Below, one piece after another: positions 13,515-26,294 of a stretch of 64,000 nt of DNA. Position 1 is the first letter of the stretch, and the number at the start of each line of letters is the position of its first letter. Position numbers and translations under genes: made by a program. The notes under the pieces are model-generated. The model saw only the letters and a list, made by a program, of their open reading frames with translations. It ran no database searches and was not told the DNA's origin. The stretch is from Piromyces finnis finn (lineage: Eukaryota > Fungi > Neocallimastigomycota), in contig MCFH01000006.1 in assembly GCA_002104945.1 (NCBI GenBank), positions 434,001 to 498,000 on the forward strand, in the 5' to 3' direction.

Positions 13515-14005
13515 ATATAAGACTTCTGGTTCAACCTGCAAGTGTCATTGCCTGTGGATTTTCCCCTTCTGTTTTTGCCATGGGTTGGGTTATGATATTA
13601 AGGTAAGTATTAATGAATTTTCTAATTTACTACTATGATAATTACACTCATTTAGCCTGCCTGAGAAAGTTAAAGTGTACATGGTACATTCCAAATTAGA
13701 ACTTAATAAGTGGTGACTTAGGCTATGCCAAATACACATAATATTCTTTAATCAATTTAAGTGTAAACATTAGGGGACGGTTGACACGTGATCAAATTGA
13801 CTATAAGAGGCTTAGCATTGTAGTTGTGAAATATCGTACAACGACATGCATCTAATGTACATGGATTAAGTGAGCGTCGAAGCTGAAGAAACAGTATGAC
13901 AGACCAGGAGGGTCACAACCACCTAGCTATAGGAATGAGCCAACGTTTCTCTAAGAACCACCATTGAAGCTAACTCTGATCGATGGGAGAAATGTACTCG
14001 GAAGT
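13515..14005. other. GC-enriched island with no intact ORF; probably a decayed repeat or transposon relic
   Basis: GC is clearly above the flanks. A short + frame reads TSGSTCKCHCLWIFPFCFCHGLGYDIK, followed by AAG|GTAAGTAT. All frames contain stops. Confidence 0.35.
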
Positions 14006-14506
14006 TAAAAAAAATATTAAAATAATATTCAAGGATTAGATATATATAATTTTTATAAACATTTAAAATATTTCATCTTATAAAGATATCCCATATAATA
14101 TAAATATTATAAAATAAAATTTTTATTAAACTTTAATGTAATACATTATAATTTATAGTTATATTATTTTAATCTTTTTTATCATTAAAAATGAAAGTAA
14201 TAATAAAGTAAAAAGTTAAAGATTTTATTTAAATGGTAAATAAATTAACTTGAACATTGAAAATATGAATATATATATAGAAAATAATTTAAATATATAA
14301 TTTTTTATAGTTTTTTAAAATATTAATTTAAATAAAATTCAAAATAAAATAATTTTAAAAATTTTAAAGTATAGGAAAAATTAAAAAATTCGAAAATTAA
14401 ATTATTATATTTATTTTTTCGATATATCCATCTTTTTAATGTAGTAAAGATAATAATGATATTAATAAAATTTTATAAAAATTATATTATTTTCATTTAG
14501 TAAACT

Positions 14507-17500
14507 ATGGCGCTATCAAATATTATTTATATATATATTTTTTTAATTTTATGTTACTCTGATATAATATTTTCACTAAATCTAGTAGTAGATGATAATG
14601 AAGACAGTATTGAAAACTTGGCATCAACAATTTCAAATTATAATAAAAATGAAGAAATTACTGTAAATTTTGATAAAGATTATTATAAAGTATCTAATAA
14701 TGGAAGAAATAAGTTTAATATAAAATCTGATGTTGTCTTCTATAGTGACAAAGGTGCAATTTTAGATTTTCAAGAATCAGGAATTACAGCATTATATCTT
14801 ACATTTATTGAGAAAAATTATAAAAAAGTAATTTTTAGAAATATTACATTTTATAATTATGGAGAAAATATTGCTATGATATTGGTAGATTCATTAGAAG
14901 ATTCAAATAAATATACTGTTGAGTTTGATAATTGCACTTTTACGGATAGTAAAAGTAAAATTTATTATAATAAAGTAGTATGCATTAAGCCTGTACAATC
15001 TGTTCCATACACAATATTTAATAATTGCAAATTCATGTTAGTATTATAACATTAAAAAATATTTAGATTATATTTTATATAATTGATATATATTAAATTA
15101 ATTACATATTATTCTAGTAAATCAACCCTAGCATTTTATATCTATCACTCTCAAAAAGATTATAATGTTGTAAGTTCATGTAAATGTTATACTATTACAA
15201 TAAATAATTGCTATTTTGATAATGTTTCGTCTATTGGAACATTAAAAACCGGTGAACTCATCATAAATAATAGTATGAAATTTTATTATTTTTATGAATA
15301 TCATATTAAATAATTAGTTGATTAGTATTAAACTATTTTTAATAATTAAGGTTATTTTACCAATCTTCATGGTGATATAGATAATTACAGTGCATTATTA
15401 TTTTCTGAAACTAGAGAAAATGTAATAAAAATAAATAATTCAACATTGGAAAATATTAATGTTCAATATAATCTTCCTCTATTTTATGTTACAAGAACAA
15501 CTTTTGAGTAATATATATATATATTGTATATATAGTATACAATTTAATAATATGAAACTAATCTCTAATCTCTATTAATATATATTAAAAGAATTTATAA
15601 TACAACTTTTACAAATTGTCATACAAATTCAGAATACCTAATATATTCAAAATTATCAAAAGATTATAATGGAATAAGTATAAAAGACTCTATGTTTTAT
15701 GGTAAATGAAAATTAATATAATAATTATTCGTTCATTTGATAAATAAAAATTTTTTATGCGACTAATAAATATTTATTGTTAAACAATTAAAAATATAAT
15801 ATAATATAATATAATATAATATAATATAATATAATATAATATAATATAATATAATATAATATAATATAATATAATATAATATAATATAATATAATATAAT
15901 ATAATATAATATAATATATAATATAATATAATATAATATAATATAATATAATATAATATAATATAATATAATATAATATAATATAATATAATATAATATA
16001 ATATAATATAATATAATATAATATAATATAATATAATATAATATAATATAATATATAATATAATATAATATAATATATAATATAGATATTAGTTCTTTAA
16101 TTGATGGCATTGAAAATGATATTAAAATATCAAATAGTATATTTAAAAATATTACATCACGATCATCGTTACCTATTATTTTAAACTCTAAAGACTCAAC
16201 TGTTAATATTAAAAATTCAATTTTTAAAAATATTGTGTATGGTTATTATAATTATTTTATTTTATATAACATAAAATTGTATTTATTTATTAATTTATTT
16301 AATATATTATGTTTTTCACATATTTAAATTATGAAAATAAAGTTCTCTTAGAAGTGCCTTATTTAATGAAGAATCTACATATTATATAATAAATAGTGAT
16401 TTTGATGATATTATATCGAACTCAAAAGCATTAATAAATGTGTTATATCATGATGCTTCATTTATCGACTCCACATTTAATAAGATTTTATGTAATGGAG
16501 ATGGTGATGATTCTTCATTAATTATTTTTAATTCAAGTGAATATGCTAATTCAATTGAATTCCAAAATATAATATTTAAAGATTCCCAAACAAATGGTGA
16601 TTTTATTAAAATTAATGGATATTCGTCAATTGTTAATTTTAGAAATACTACAATATACAATGTCTTATCTTATGGTACCATATTAAGTAGTAAATCAATA
16701 GGGGTTGGTTATTTAAATAATAAAAATATAATTGATGATATTTTTATATTTATTTATGATATAATATAAATATAACATTAACATTATTAATTAAATATTA
16801 AATTCTAGTCAAATATATTAATAGAAAATAGTTATTTTTACGATAATAAAAATATAAATAAACTAAAATGTGGATTAATATTCAGTAGTAATGATATTAA
16901 ATTAAATATTAAAAATACTGTTATTAATGGTAATACAATTAAAAATAATGGAGGTGCATTGTAAGTATATTATATAAATGCTTTTATAAATATTATTATG
17001 CTAGTCTACTATATATTATATATATATATATAATATAATGATCAATTAATAATATTAACTGTACAATATATATAATACCAAGATGTTTTAATAATATAAA
17101 TTCAATGAACATACATATTTCTTCGTCTGTTTTTAAAAATAATAAAAGTTTAAATGGAGGTTCTATGTATTTTTATCAGCCAATCAACTCAGAAACTAAT
17201 AACTCTATAGATCTAATTAATACACAATTTATTAATAACGAAGCAGACCAATTTGGTGGTGCAATTTATTCAAATTTTGAATTAAATGTATTAAATGCAG
17301 TAAATATTACTTTTATTGAAAATCATGCATACGCTGGTGGTGCATTATATATCAATAGCAATTATAAAAAAACAATAAATTCTTTAAATTCGAAAAATAT
17401 ACTTTATATTAATAATACTGCAGAATCCCATGGTAAGGATTTAGCTACTGACCCATATATAGTTAATTTAATGCCATCGGAATTAAGAACTTTTAAAATA

Positions 17501-19621
17501 ACAAGCGGTGAATTATTTCCATTACGTTTCAATCTAACTGATGAATATGGACAAATAGTAGAAGATTTATCTAAATTTTACTCAAATATAATACTTACTA
17601 TAAATATTTCAAATAACGACGATGAATTAATTAAAGTATACGGGAACTCGTGTTATTTTTCGAAAGGTAATTTCATTTAATTTTAACCTTTTATTTCCTA
17701 ACATTTGGAATTATTATACTAAATTTGTTTTTAACTATTTTTTAATTAATAATACTTGATTAGGAATTTGTGAATTAAATAATTTTAAAATATATTCTTC
17801 TTCCCCTACAGTAGTATATTTCAAAATAGACATAGAAAGTAGAAATAATAATATAAAAATTAGTAATAATAATGAATATTTAAATTTAACTGTAAAAGAT
17901 TGTACAACGGAGCAATTTAAAATATTTCATAAAGAAAAAAAAGATGATATACAAAGTATATATCATTGTGAAAATCCAATTTGCAATGATGAATGCCCTA
18001 TTAAAAATAACACAGCTATTTGTATTAAAGGAGAGAATGGTGATATAAACAATAAAATAAATAATATTTGTAAATGTGTTGATGGTTGGACTGGTGATAA
18101 TTGTGATACAATGGACATGACTATTTTTAAGTATATTATGCATATTTTAATATTTTATTATTTAATTGATAAATAATATATTCTTTTATAGTCTAACTGA
18201 TTCATAAATAATATATAAAATTTATAGTGATTTGAATTATCGTTTAGTTAGTTTTCCAATAATTATTTCTATTATTGGAACATTAATATTTATCACTATA
18301 TATAGAAAAGAAAGAATAATAGCAGATAGTGGATACTTTAAATCTACTTTAGTTTTAATTGGAATATTATTTTATCAATGTAGCCTCAATTATAATAATT
18401 TTTCAAATTTTACAAATTGTTCTATAAAATTTATATTTAAACATCTGGGATTTTTAATAATTTATTTACAATTCTTTTTATATATTTCAACAAGTTATGA
18501 ATTAGGAATTGATATAAATGATATTAATCTAATTAATAAAATGTCAGGAAGTCAAAGTCAAATTCAAAATACAAATAAAAAAATAATAAACAGAATTTCA
18601 AGAATTATAAATATTAATAAAGAAAATTCAGTTATGGAAAAAAGTAAAGAAACTGAAAGTACAAGATTAAATGAATCAATTATAAAGAGTTTTGAAAATG
18701 AATTAACTAAATTCAGTGATATAAACAATAATACTAGAAGTAGAAATAATAGTAAATGTGTTTCATCAAAATTTTCATTACTTGATATAAGAGATGATGG
18801 ACATGATAATTTAAAAAAATTAAATAAATGTATAAAATCTATTCACGAATTAATTAAAGAGATATCTATAATTTTTATTAGTTCATTTATATTAATAATT
18901 GGAATAGTAATATATAATGGAAATAGCACAGAAACTTTGTATGTTCAAGAGTATAAAGGAAAATGGAGATATAACTGTCCATTGGATCATATTAATATAA
19001 TGTTTAATTTGATAGAAGCTATTTTAACATTGTTTCTTTTATTTATTGTATTTAAAGTGTTGAATTATACTTATATATTTAAAATTGTAAAGTATATTGG
19101 GTACTCATCCTTCATATTAATTGCTGCAGGACCTATGGCTAGCGTAATAATTATTCCCATAATATATAATAAATAAAAAATCTAATATATTAAATAATTA
19201 AACTAATATATATATATATATTCATAAAATTATTGTATTGTATATAAATTAATAGTTAATTAGTTATGCTGTATTATATAATAATAGTCATTCCTTTATT
19301 ATATATAATGCACTTATTAATGGAGCATGCAACTGGATATTATTAATTCTTTTTTCATGGGATAAATTTTATTATATTTTAACAAAAAAGGGGAATGATC
19401 CTAATTATTATTTTTTACATCTAAAAAAGCATAGTAAAGAATGCATTATTCATCATTCTTATTACTGTAATTGTATAGAAATGGATAATGAATATAATCT
19501 AGATATCATAAATAAATACATAGATTTTTATAAATATTGTTCTCAAATAATTATACTTGAAAATGGAAGATTGAAATATGTAAGACTAAAAAATAAAAAT
19601 CAACTAAATTTTGTAATATAA
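14507..19621 (+). CDS. Large receptor: signal peptide, parallel beta-helix (pectin-lyase/POMP-like) ectodomain, EGF-like module, class C (7tm_3)-like seven-TM domain
   Basis: About 10 exons join in frame with GT-AG introns. Repeated F.N..F.N and GGA(I/L)Y motifs (NNGGAL, NGGSMYF, FGGAIYS, AGGALYI); EGF-like CKCVDGWTGDNC; seven hydrophobic segments from 18240; ECL2 KWRYNCPLD; stop at 19619-19621. Confidence 0.85.
15793..16083. repeat. (ATAAT)n pentanucleotide microsatellite, ~290 bp, intronic
   Basis: Directly visible tandem array with a few ATAT phase slips. It generates the spurious 15763-16110 (IILYY)n ORF. Confidence 0.97.
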
Positions 19622-21356
19622 AAACCTATTTTGATACCTTTAAATAAATTATCACATTCACATTCCTGTGATATATTTTATAAGTACAAATTATTTTAAA
19701 TATTGAATAGCAAAACAAAAATCATTTAAACCTATTAGAATAAATTAATATTTAATATAATGCGTTTTATATTTGCTATTAATTAAATCAAATCAATGAA
19801 TAATTCTGTATAGTAATATTATATAATATATTTCCTTTGATTTTCAAAATTTAATTCAAAAGAAGTATTGATTCTTCATAAAATAAACATTATTATGATA
19901 ATAATTAATATTATTTTATCTAATACTAAAAAAAAAAAAATTTATTTAAAATTCATATATATTTTCTAAAATCTTAATTCGTTTTATTTTAATAATAATA
20001 AAAGTATAAAATGAAACTATTTTCTTTTCGATTATTTATTTATTGAAATTATTTAAAATAACTAAGTCATAAAAAAAAAGTTAATAAAAAAGTCTTATTA
20101 ATAATTGATAAATAAATACTAGCATTTAATAAATTTATATTTGTATATTATTTAATTTTGGTATAAATAATAAAATAAATAATGAGGATAGTATTCCGTC
20201 TTTTATATGAAGATATTAAAAATATAAATATTAACGAAAAGGATAGAAAATTCAAAAATAAATTAATATATATTTTTAATGTTAATTGTGGTATATGAAG
20301 AAGATAATTATAGTTAGGAGATAAGAAATAATAATTCTGAATCTATCATAAGATACAATCAATTAAACTGATGATAATAAAATAAAATCAACAAATAATA
20401 ATTTATATCATTAGAAAGTAATATTGAAAAAATGCAAAATATGAATATTCTTTCATATTTTTGCATTTAAATTCAATATACATTATCTTGCGGGTGTAAT
20501 ATAGAATTCTTTAATTGATTATATATATAATACTAATTTAGAATCTTTTATATAGATATCATTGTATCTAAAATAATGAATTTAACATAGACAGAAATGC
20601 AGAAAAGTAATAAAATAATAAAATAATAATAAATAAATATAGCAAAGGCTATAATTTAAATTAATTATATGTGTAAAATTTTATAAAGGTATATTAAAAT
20701 AAATAACATAGAGAGTATTATTATAATATTTTTAATATTTCAAAAACTCAAAAAATTAGATATATATGAACAATTATTGAATGGAATAAGATATTTAGAT
20801 ATAAGAATTGAAACAAATAAAAATAACAAAATGATAAATATTTATAAAAAAAAAAAGCCATGATATTATAAAAACAATATATAATTTCTTTGAATAAATA
20901 ACAAATAGTTTTTGTTTAAATTTCTTATTATTTTATATTAATTAAATATTTAGTTCTTTTTTGGTGTTTTTTTTTTAACTTTGCAAAAAAACCAAATATT
21001 TTTTTAATATCTTTTTTAATTTTAATACTAGATTAATAAATATATTAAATGTGGGGTAAATAGACTTTTTTACCTACCAAAAAAACTATAGTTAATATTA
21101 TACTTTTTTAATAATACTAACCAATCATTTTAATTTAATATAAATAATATTTTTATATATTTAATATTTTTAATATATTTTTTTTTTTTAAAAACACAAA
21201 CTATAAAATAAAATAATTTTGAAAAATATTGTTTAATATTTTGTAGATTTAGAAAGGTAAACTTACAAGTTAAGAAAAAAAAAAATTATTGTTAAATTAA
21301 TAATATAATATTGGAATAAAGATACTAAAATAAAATAATGTTATTTTTAATTTAGA

Positions 21357-22660
21357 ATGTTATTTTTCTTAACTTTAACACAAAACTGTAATTTAGCCTG
21401 TACCTATTGTGGTTCAGATGGTAATGCTGATATCGAAAATATATTAGAAGAAGATCAACCAAAAGAAATCAGATATAAATTAAATAATTTAGAAAAATTA
21501 AAGAATGTAAATATAAATACTTATTACTTAAAATATTTAATTTTTTATGAAAAAAAGAAAATAAATATTCAAATATTTATATATTTTATAAAATCTCTAA
21601 ATAGATTAAAGATGATTTAATTATATGTTTTTACGGTGGTGAACCATTATTAAAACCAAGAATTATTAAAAAGGTTATTGAAATGCATCCAAATGCTAAA
21701 TTCTGTTTACAAACAAATGGTACTTTATTAAATCGTTTCAATACTAAATTATGTAATCAAATGGATACTATCTTAATTTCTGTTGATGGTGGACCAGAAG
21801 TTACTAACAAAAGTAGAGGAAATGGTACTTGGGAAAGAGCTATTGAAAATGCTAGATATATCAGAAAGAATGGATACAAGGTAAAAAAAATATTTATATA
21901 GTATATTTTTTTAATATATTATAATTTCTTATTAAATAATTATTAAAATAAATATATTTTTTTTATTTTAAAGAATGATCTTGTAGCTCGTATGACTACT
22001 TCAAATGTTAGTGATATTTACAGAGATGTCAAAGATTTAATTGAATTAGATATTTTTGATCATGTTCACTGGCAATTAGATACTCAATGGTCAACCCCAT
22101 GTTTCGCTGGTTATGATGATTTCTTAGATTGGAGAGATAATAATTACAATGTTGGTATAACAAAATTAGTTAATTGGTTTGAACAAGAAATTGTTGAAAA
22201 TTCCAGAGTATTAGGTATTGCTCCATTCTTACAAGTTATTCATGATATGATTACTGGAAGAAAAACCCGTCTTCGTTGTGGTTCTGGTTTAGATTCTTTC
22301 AATGTTGATACTGGTGGTGAAATTAATCCATGTCCAATTGCCCCAGAAACTCAAGAATTAGCTATGATTCAAGATGATAACTTCCAAACTCCAGAATCTT
22401 TAAGAGATTCTGTTAAAATTGCTGGTTTATGTACTGATTGTGAAATTTTAGATTTATGTGGTGGTCGTTGTTTATACGCCAATCAAACTATGTGGTGGGG
22501 TGAAGAAGGTTTTAAAGAAGTTTGTGTTACTGTTAAACATTTAATGAATGAACTCAAACGTATTTTACCAAGTATTAAGCAAGCTATTGCTGATGGTAAA
22601 ATTGAATTAGAAGACTTAAACTATCCAAAATATAATAACTCTGTTGAAGTTATTCCATAG
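21357..22660 (+). CDS. Radical SAM/SPASM protein of the AF0577 (TIGR04084)-like family, 3 coding exons
   Basis: Exons 21357-21506, 21605-21880 and 21974-22660 join in frame. Motifs: CNLACTYC (CxxxCxxC), FYGGEPLL, LQTNGTLL, ISVDG, SPASM-type CGSG...CP...CTDCEILDLCGGRC, WWGEEGFKEVC, terminal NNSVEVIP. Confidence 0.9.
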
Positions 22661-23200
22661 ATTAAAAATATTTATTATAAATTATTCATAAATATCAAAA
22701 AAAAAAAACACTAAAAACTTATAGAATATATTTAAAGTAACAATTTTAAACAAACAATGTAAAATTTTAATCGATTTTCTTTTTCTTTTTATCTCTTTAA
22801 ATTGTAATGAATTTAAAAGTATAATAAAAATTTTAGAATTCATATAACTTATTAAAATAATAAATAAAAAATTTAATTTGAAATAATCAATATTTAGGGA
22901 AAAAATAATCTTTTTAAAGGAAAAATATAAATGTATCATGAAATATAAGAAATATTTATTTTTTAATATTATAGATAATTATTTTATTTTATTTAAAATA
23001 AATTTTCATTTTACATATTTAATTACTATTCTATTTTCTAAAAGTTTGAATGAATATTAATATTTATTATTATGAATATTACAAAGAATATATATATCTA
23101 TTCTCTATAATCTTTTATTATTATTTTTTATTTGCTTACTAGAATGTATATTTAATAATTGGATTAAAGATAGATTTTATTTTACTATAGTTAATCATAT

Positions 23201-26035
23201 TTATTCAACATCATCTTCATCAACAACAGATGCATTTCTATTTCTCATTTCGGTATGATAAGCATTACTACTTTGAGATACTGTTGAATTTAAAATAGCA
23301 AATGGACTAACAACACTGCTTTTATTAGAAACGCCTGTATTCATCATCATTTCATCTCTAAATTCTTTAAATTTTCTTTTTTCTTCATATACTAATCTAT
23401 CTTTATCTTGTTGGGAAAGATTATTTTCAGATAAAGCTTCATAGAATAACATATATACATAGGAGCTTCCATTATTAAATAATTCCATTTCTGGATCTAT
23501 AATTAATTCAACAGAACTATCTGAAATTCTAAACCATTGATATTCATCTAATTCTGCTTTGGTATCATTATTCTTTTCATTTTGACTTTCTGCTTTTGAT
23601 TTATTTGTGGTTAAATATTCAGGTTTTTTAAATAGCTTTTCCCATTCAGCATAATCTGTAACTTTATTACTTATAAGCTTCTTAATTTGAGCTTGTAAAT
23701 CTTTACTTAAACTACCACCACGGCGAACTCTTCTATAAGCAATAAAATGACCATAATCATGACTACCAAAATGATAAACAGCAGATTGTAAACGGTAAAA
23801 ACTATCATAATATTTTGGATCATTTGGATTCATTAAATTCTATATTATATTTATAAAAAATAAAAGTTAGTATTTTTTTTTTTTTTTGAAAGTTTTTAAA
23901 CTTATTTTACTTAATAAATAATTTAAATATATAATAGTTACAAAACTTGTACTGAAATATTCATTATTGTCCTTGTTGGTGTTTGTACACCATGGTCTAA
24001 TATTTAAATATTCTGGATATTTAATTGGACTATTATTTCTCATATTATAGCTATATGAAACATGAATAGATCTTTGGAAGTGAAAAGCAAGAATTTTTGG
24101 TGGTTTTGCAATTAAAACTTGTTTTGTTGTACTTCTAGATACCATTCTAACTGGATGAATTTCTTTTGGATATTCAATTTTATCTAATGGTATTTCATGC
24201 ATATCTTTTTTAAAATCTATAAAACTTTTTTGTAAATTTTTCAATCTTTCTTGTTCTTCATTTAATGATTTTTCTATTTCTTTAATTGTTGGTGTATTAG
24301 ATTTTGATTTCTTTTTATGTGATTTTTTATTTTTGGATGATTTTTTATCATTTTCTTCAGATACTGTTTCAGTTTTTTCCTTTTCTTCTTTATGAAGTTT
24401 ACTTTTTTCTTTTTTTAATGCAAGTAATTCTTTTCTAACATCAATTTTTTCTTTTATTTTTTCCATTTCATCTTCAGTACCTTTGATTGTTGCTATTAAT
24501 GAACAATATTCACAAACTTTGTCGGTAATTATTTCAGGTGCTATATATGATTTAAGTAATGATTCTAAGGTACATGTTTGCTAAAAAAAGGTAACATTTA
24601 TTAAATAAATTATATCTATTAATAAAATATATTTTAAATATTAAATTAAAAAGTATATTATATATACATTATTTGGAGGAATTAAGGTTATTTGATCAAT
24701 AACAAAATGACGAATTGCTGTCTTTTTACATTAAATAAGTATATTAATTTTTTAAAATTAGTTTTAAGTTATTATTTTCATAATATATATATAAACATTT
24801 AATGATGCTATTAATTTTTATTTTTTAAATAAACTTACTGTATGATTACATATTCCACATGTAATTTTACTTGCTATTAATCCTGTAAATGGACTATTTC
24901 TATTTTTTAATTGTTTCTTATTATTATTGATTAAGTTTCCATTATATACTACATTTCCCTTAATAAATGAAGAATCTCTAGTTTTATTCATAATTGATTT
25001 TAAAAAAGAAATATCAAAAAGAGATGTTGTTTTTTTATTATTTAATATATTTTCTTCTTCGGAAGTCAATTCTGAAGATAATAATGAATATAATTCATTT
25101 GCATCCTTTATTAAATTTAAAAATAAAAACAAAAAGATATTTTAATTATTATATTTTTAAAAAATTTTTATGCAAAAAATAATGATTTTATAAACCTGTT
25201 GATCATAATAAGTCAATCTTCTTGAAGCTCCCCTTGTTAATGAATTATGAAAATCTGAAGGTCTAAATGATCTCATACCACTTTTGGTATTATTAAGTTC
25301 TATTATGTATAAATTTGCACATTTAATTTAATAATAAATATATGCATTTATTTAATTTCAAAAATTCTATACTTTGAAATTCATACTTGCTGTAATATCT
25401 ACTAAAGATTTTGAAATTGATTTATCATCTATTTTTTCAGTTAATAATGATTTAATATATTGTTCATACTGTAAATATATTAAAAAACTTGGCAATGAAG
25501 AAAGAGACTTTCATTTATAATATAAATTTATATATAATTATACATTAATTATTTAATGTTTATTTTAAATAATAGTATCAATATATAATAATTACTTGTA
25601 AAATTGAATTCATAAAACATGTGTTTCCCATATTTGTTAATCCAGGTGGGAAAAATGCAACTATTAAATAATGATATATAAATATATAAATTATATAAAT
25701 AAAATAATAGCATTAAATGACTATTAATAACATTTGAATTTCTTTTTTAATCAAAATATTATTAATAAAATATATAATATTATCACTAAATATATATTAC
25801 CACCATCATCATCGTCATTTTTCTTATTCTTATCTTTTATTTTTCTTTTTTTCCTACTTTTGCTTTGACCGGTGTGATTAGAATAATGGTAATTATATAT
25901 TCCAATGCATAGAATTATTGATAAAACACCAACTCCGTATTTTACAACTTGATTTTCAGTCATTGATTCCATGAATTTTTTAATATCATATAAATTTATA
26001 TATTGATTTATAATATTTTCGATACCGTGTACCAT
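23201..26035 (-). CDS. Ubiquitin carboxyl-terminal hydrolase (USP family) with N-terminal TM anchor, USP30/Ubp16/Ubp1-like
   Basis: TM YGVGVLSIILCIGIYNY; Cys box PPGLTNMGNTCFMNSILQ; finger Cys pairs CGIC and CEYC; His box HFGSHDYGHFIAYRR; WFRISDSSV. Multi-exon. Confidence 0.88.
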
Positions 26036-26041
26036 GACGAT

Positions 26042-26073
<32 letters not shown>

Positions 26074-26258
26074 TTGAGTTATAATGATTTTTGTTTATTG
26101 CTTCTATAATAAAATACTTAATTATATTTATTCTAATAATTAAAAATATATAATTAATTTTATTATTAAATTCACATTTAATAAAGATTATAAGCAATAT
26201 AAAAATTAATTTTTAATTTTATATATTATATTACTTTTTCGTTTTTTAATAGTTAATG

Positions 26259-26294
<36 letters not shown>

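Noticed and set aside
13520-13612. U1 snRNA (the minus strand begins ATACTTACCT)
   Set aside because: No stem-loop I (GATCA.GAAG), loop II (ATTGCAC) or Sm site follows; the match is just the complement of a consensus 5' splice site.
13570-13780. Telomerase RNA template or telomeric seed (GGGTTGGGTTA, TTAGGG)
   Set aside because: Only isolated partial matches; no 1.5-repeat template and no tandem array.
15793-16083. CRISPR-like array
   Set aside because: A pure 5-bp tandem repeat with no spacers, in eukaryotic intronic context.
15763-16110. 115-aa ORF of IILYY repeats
   Set aside because: It is the antisense translation of the intronic (ATAAT)n microsatellite.
20181-20297. Small ORF (MRIVFRLLYED...) as a precursor peptide for the radical SAM enzyme
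   Set aside because: Composition resembles AT-rich background, with no leader/core pattern or codon bias. Expression data would be needed.
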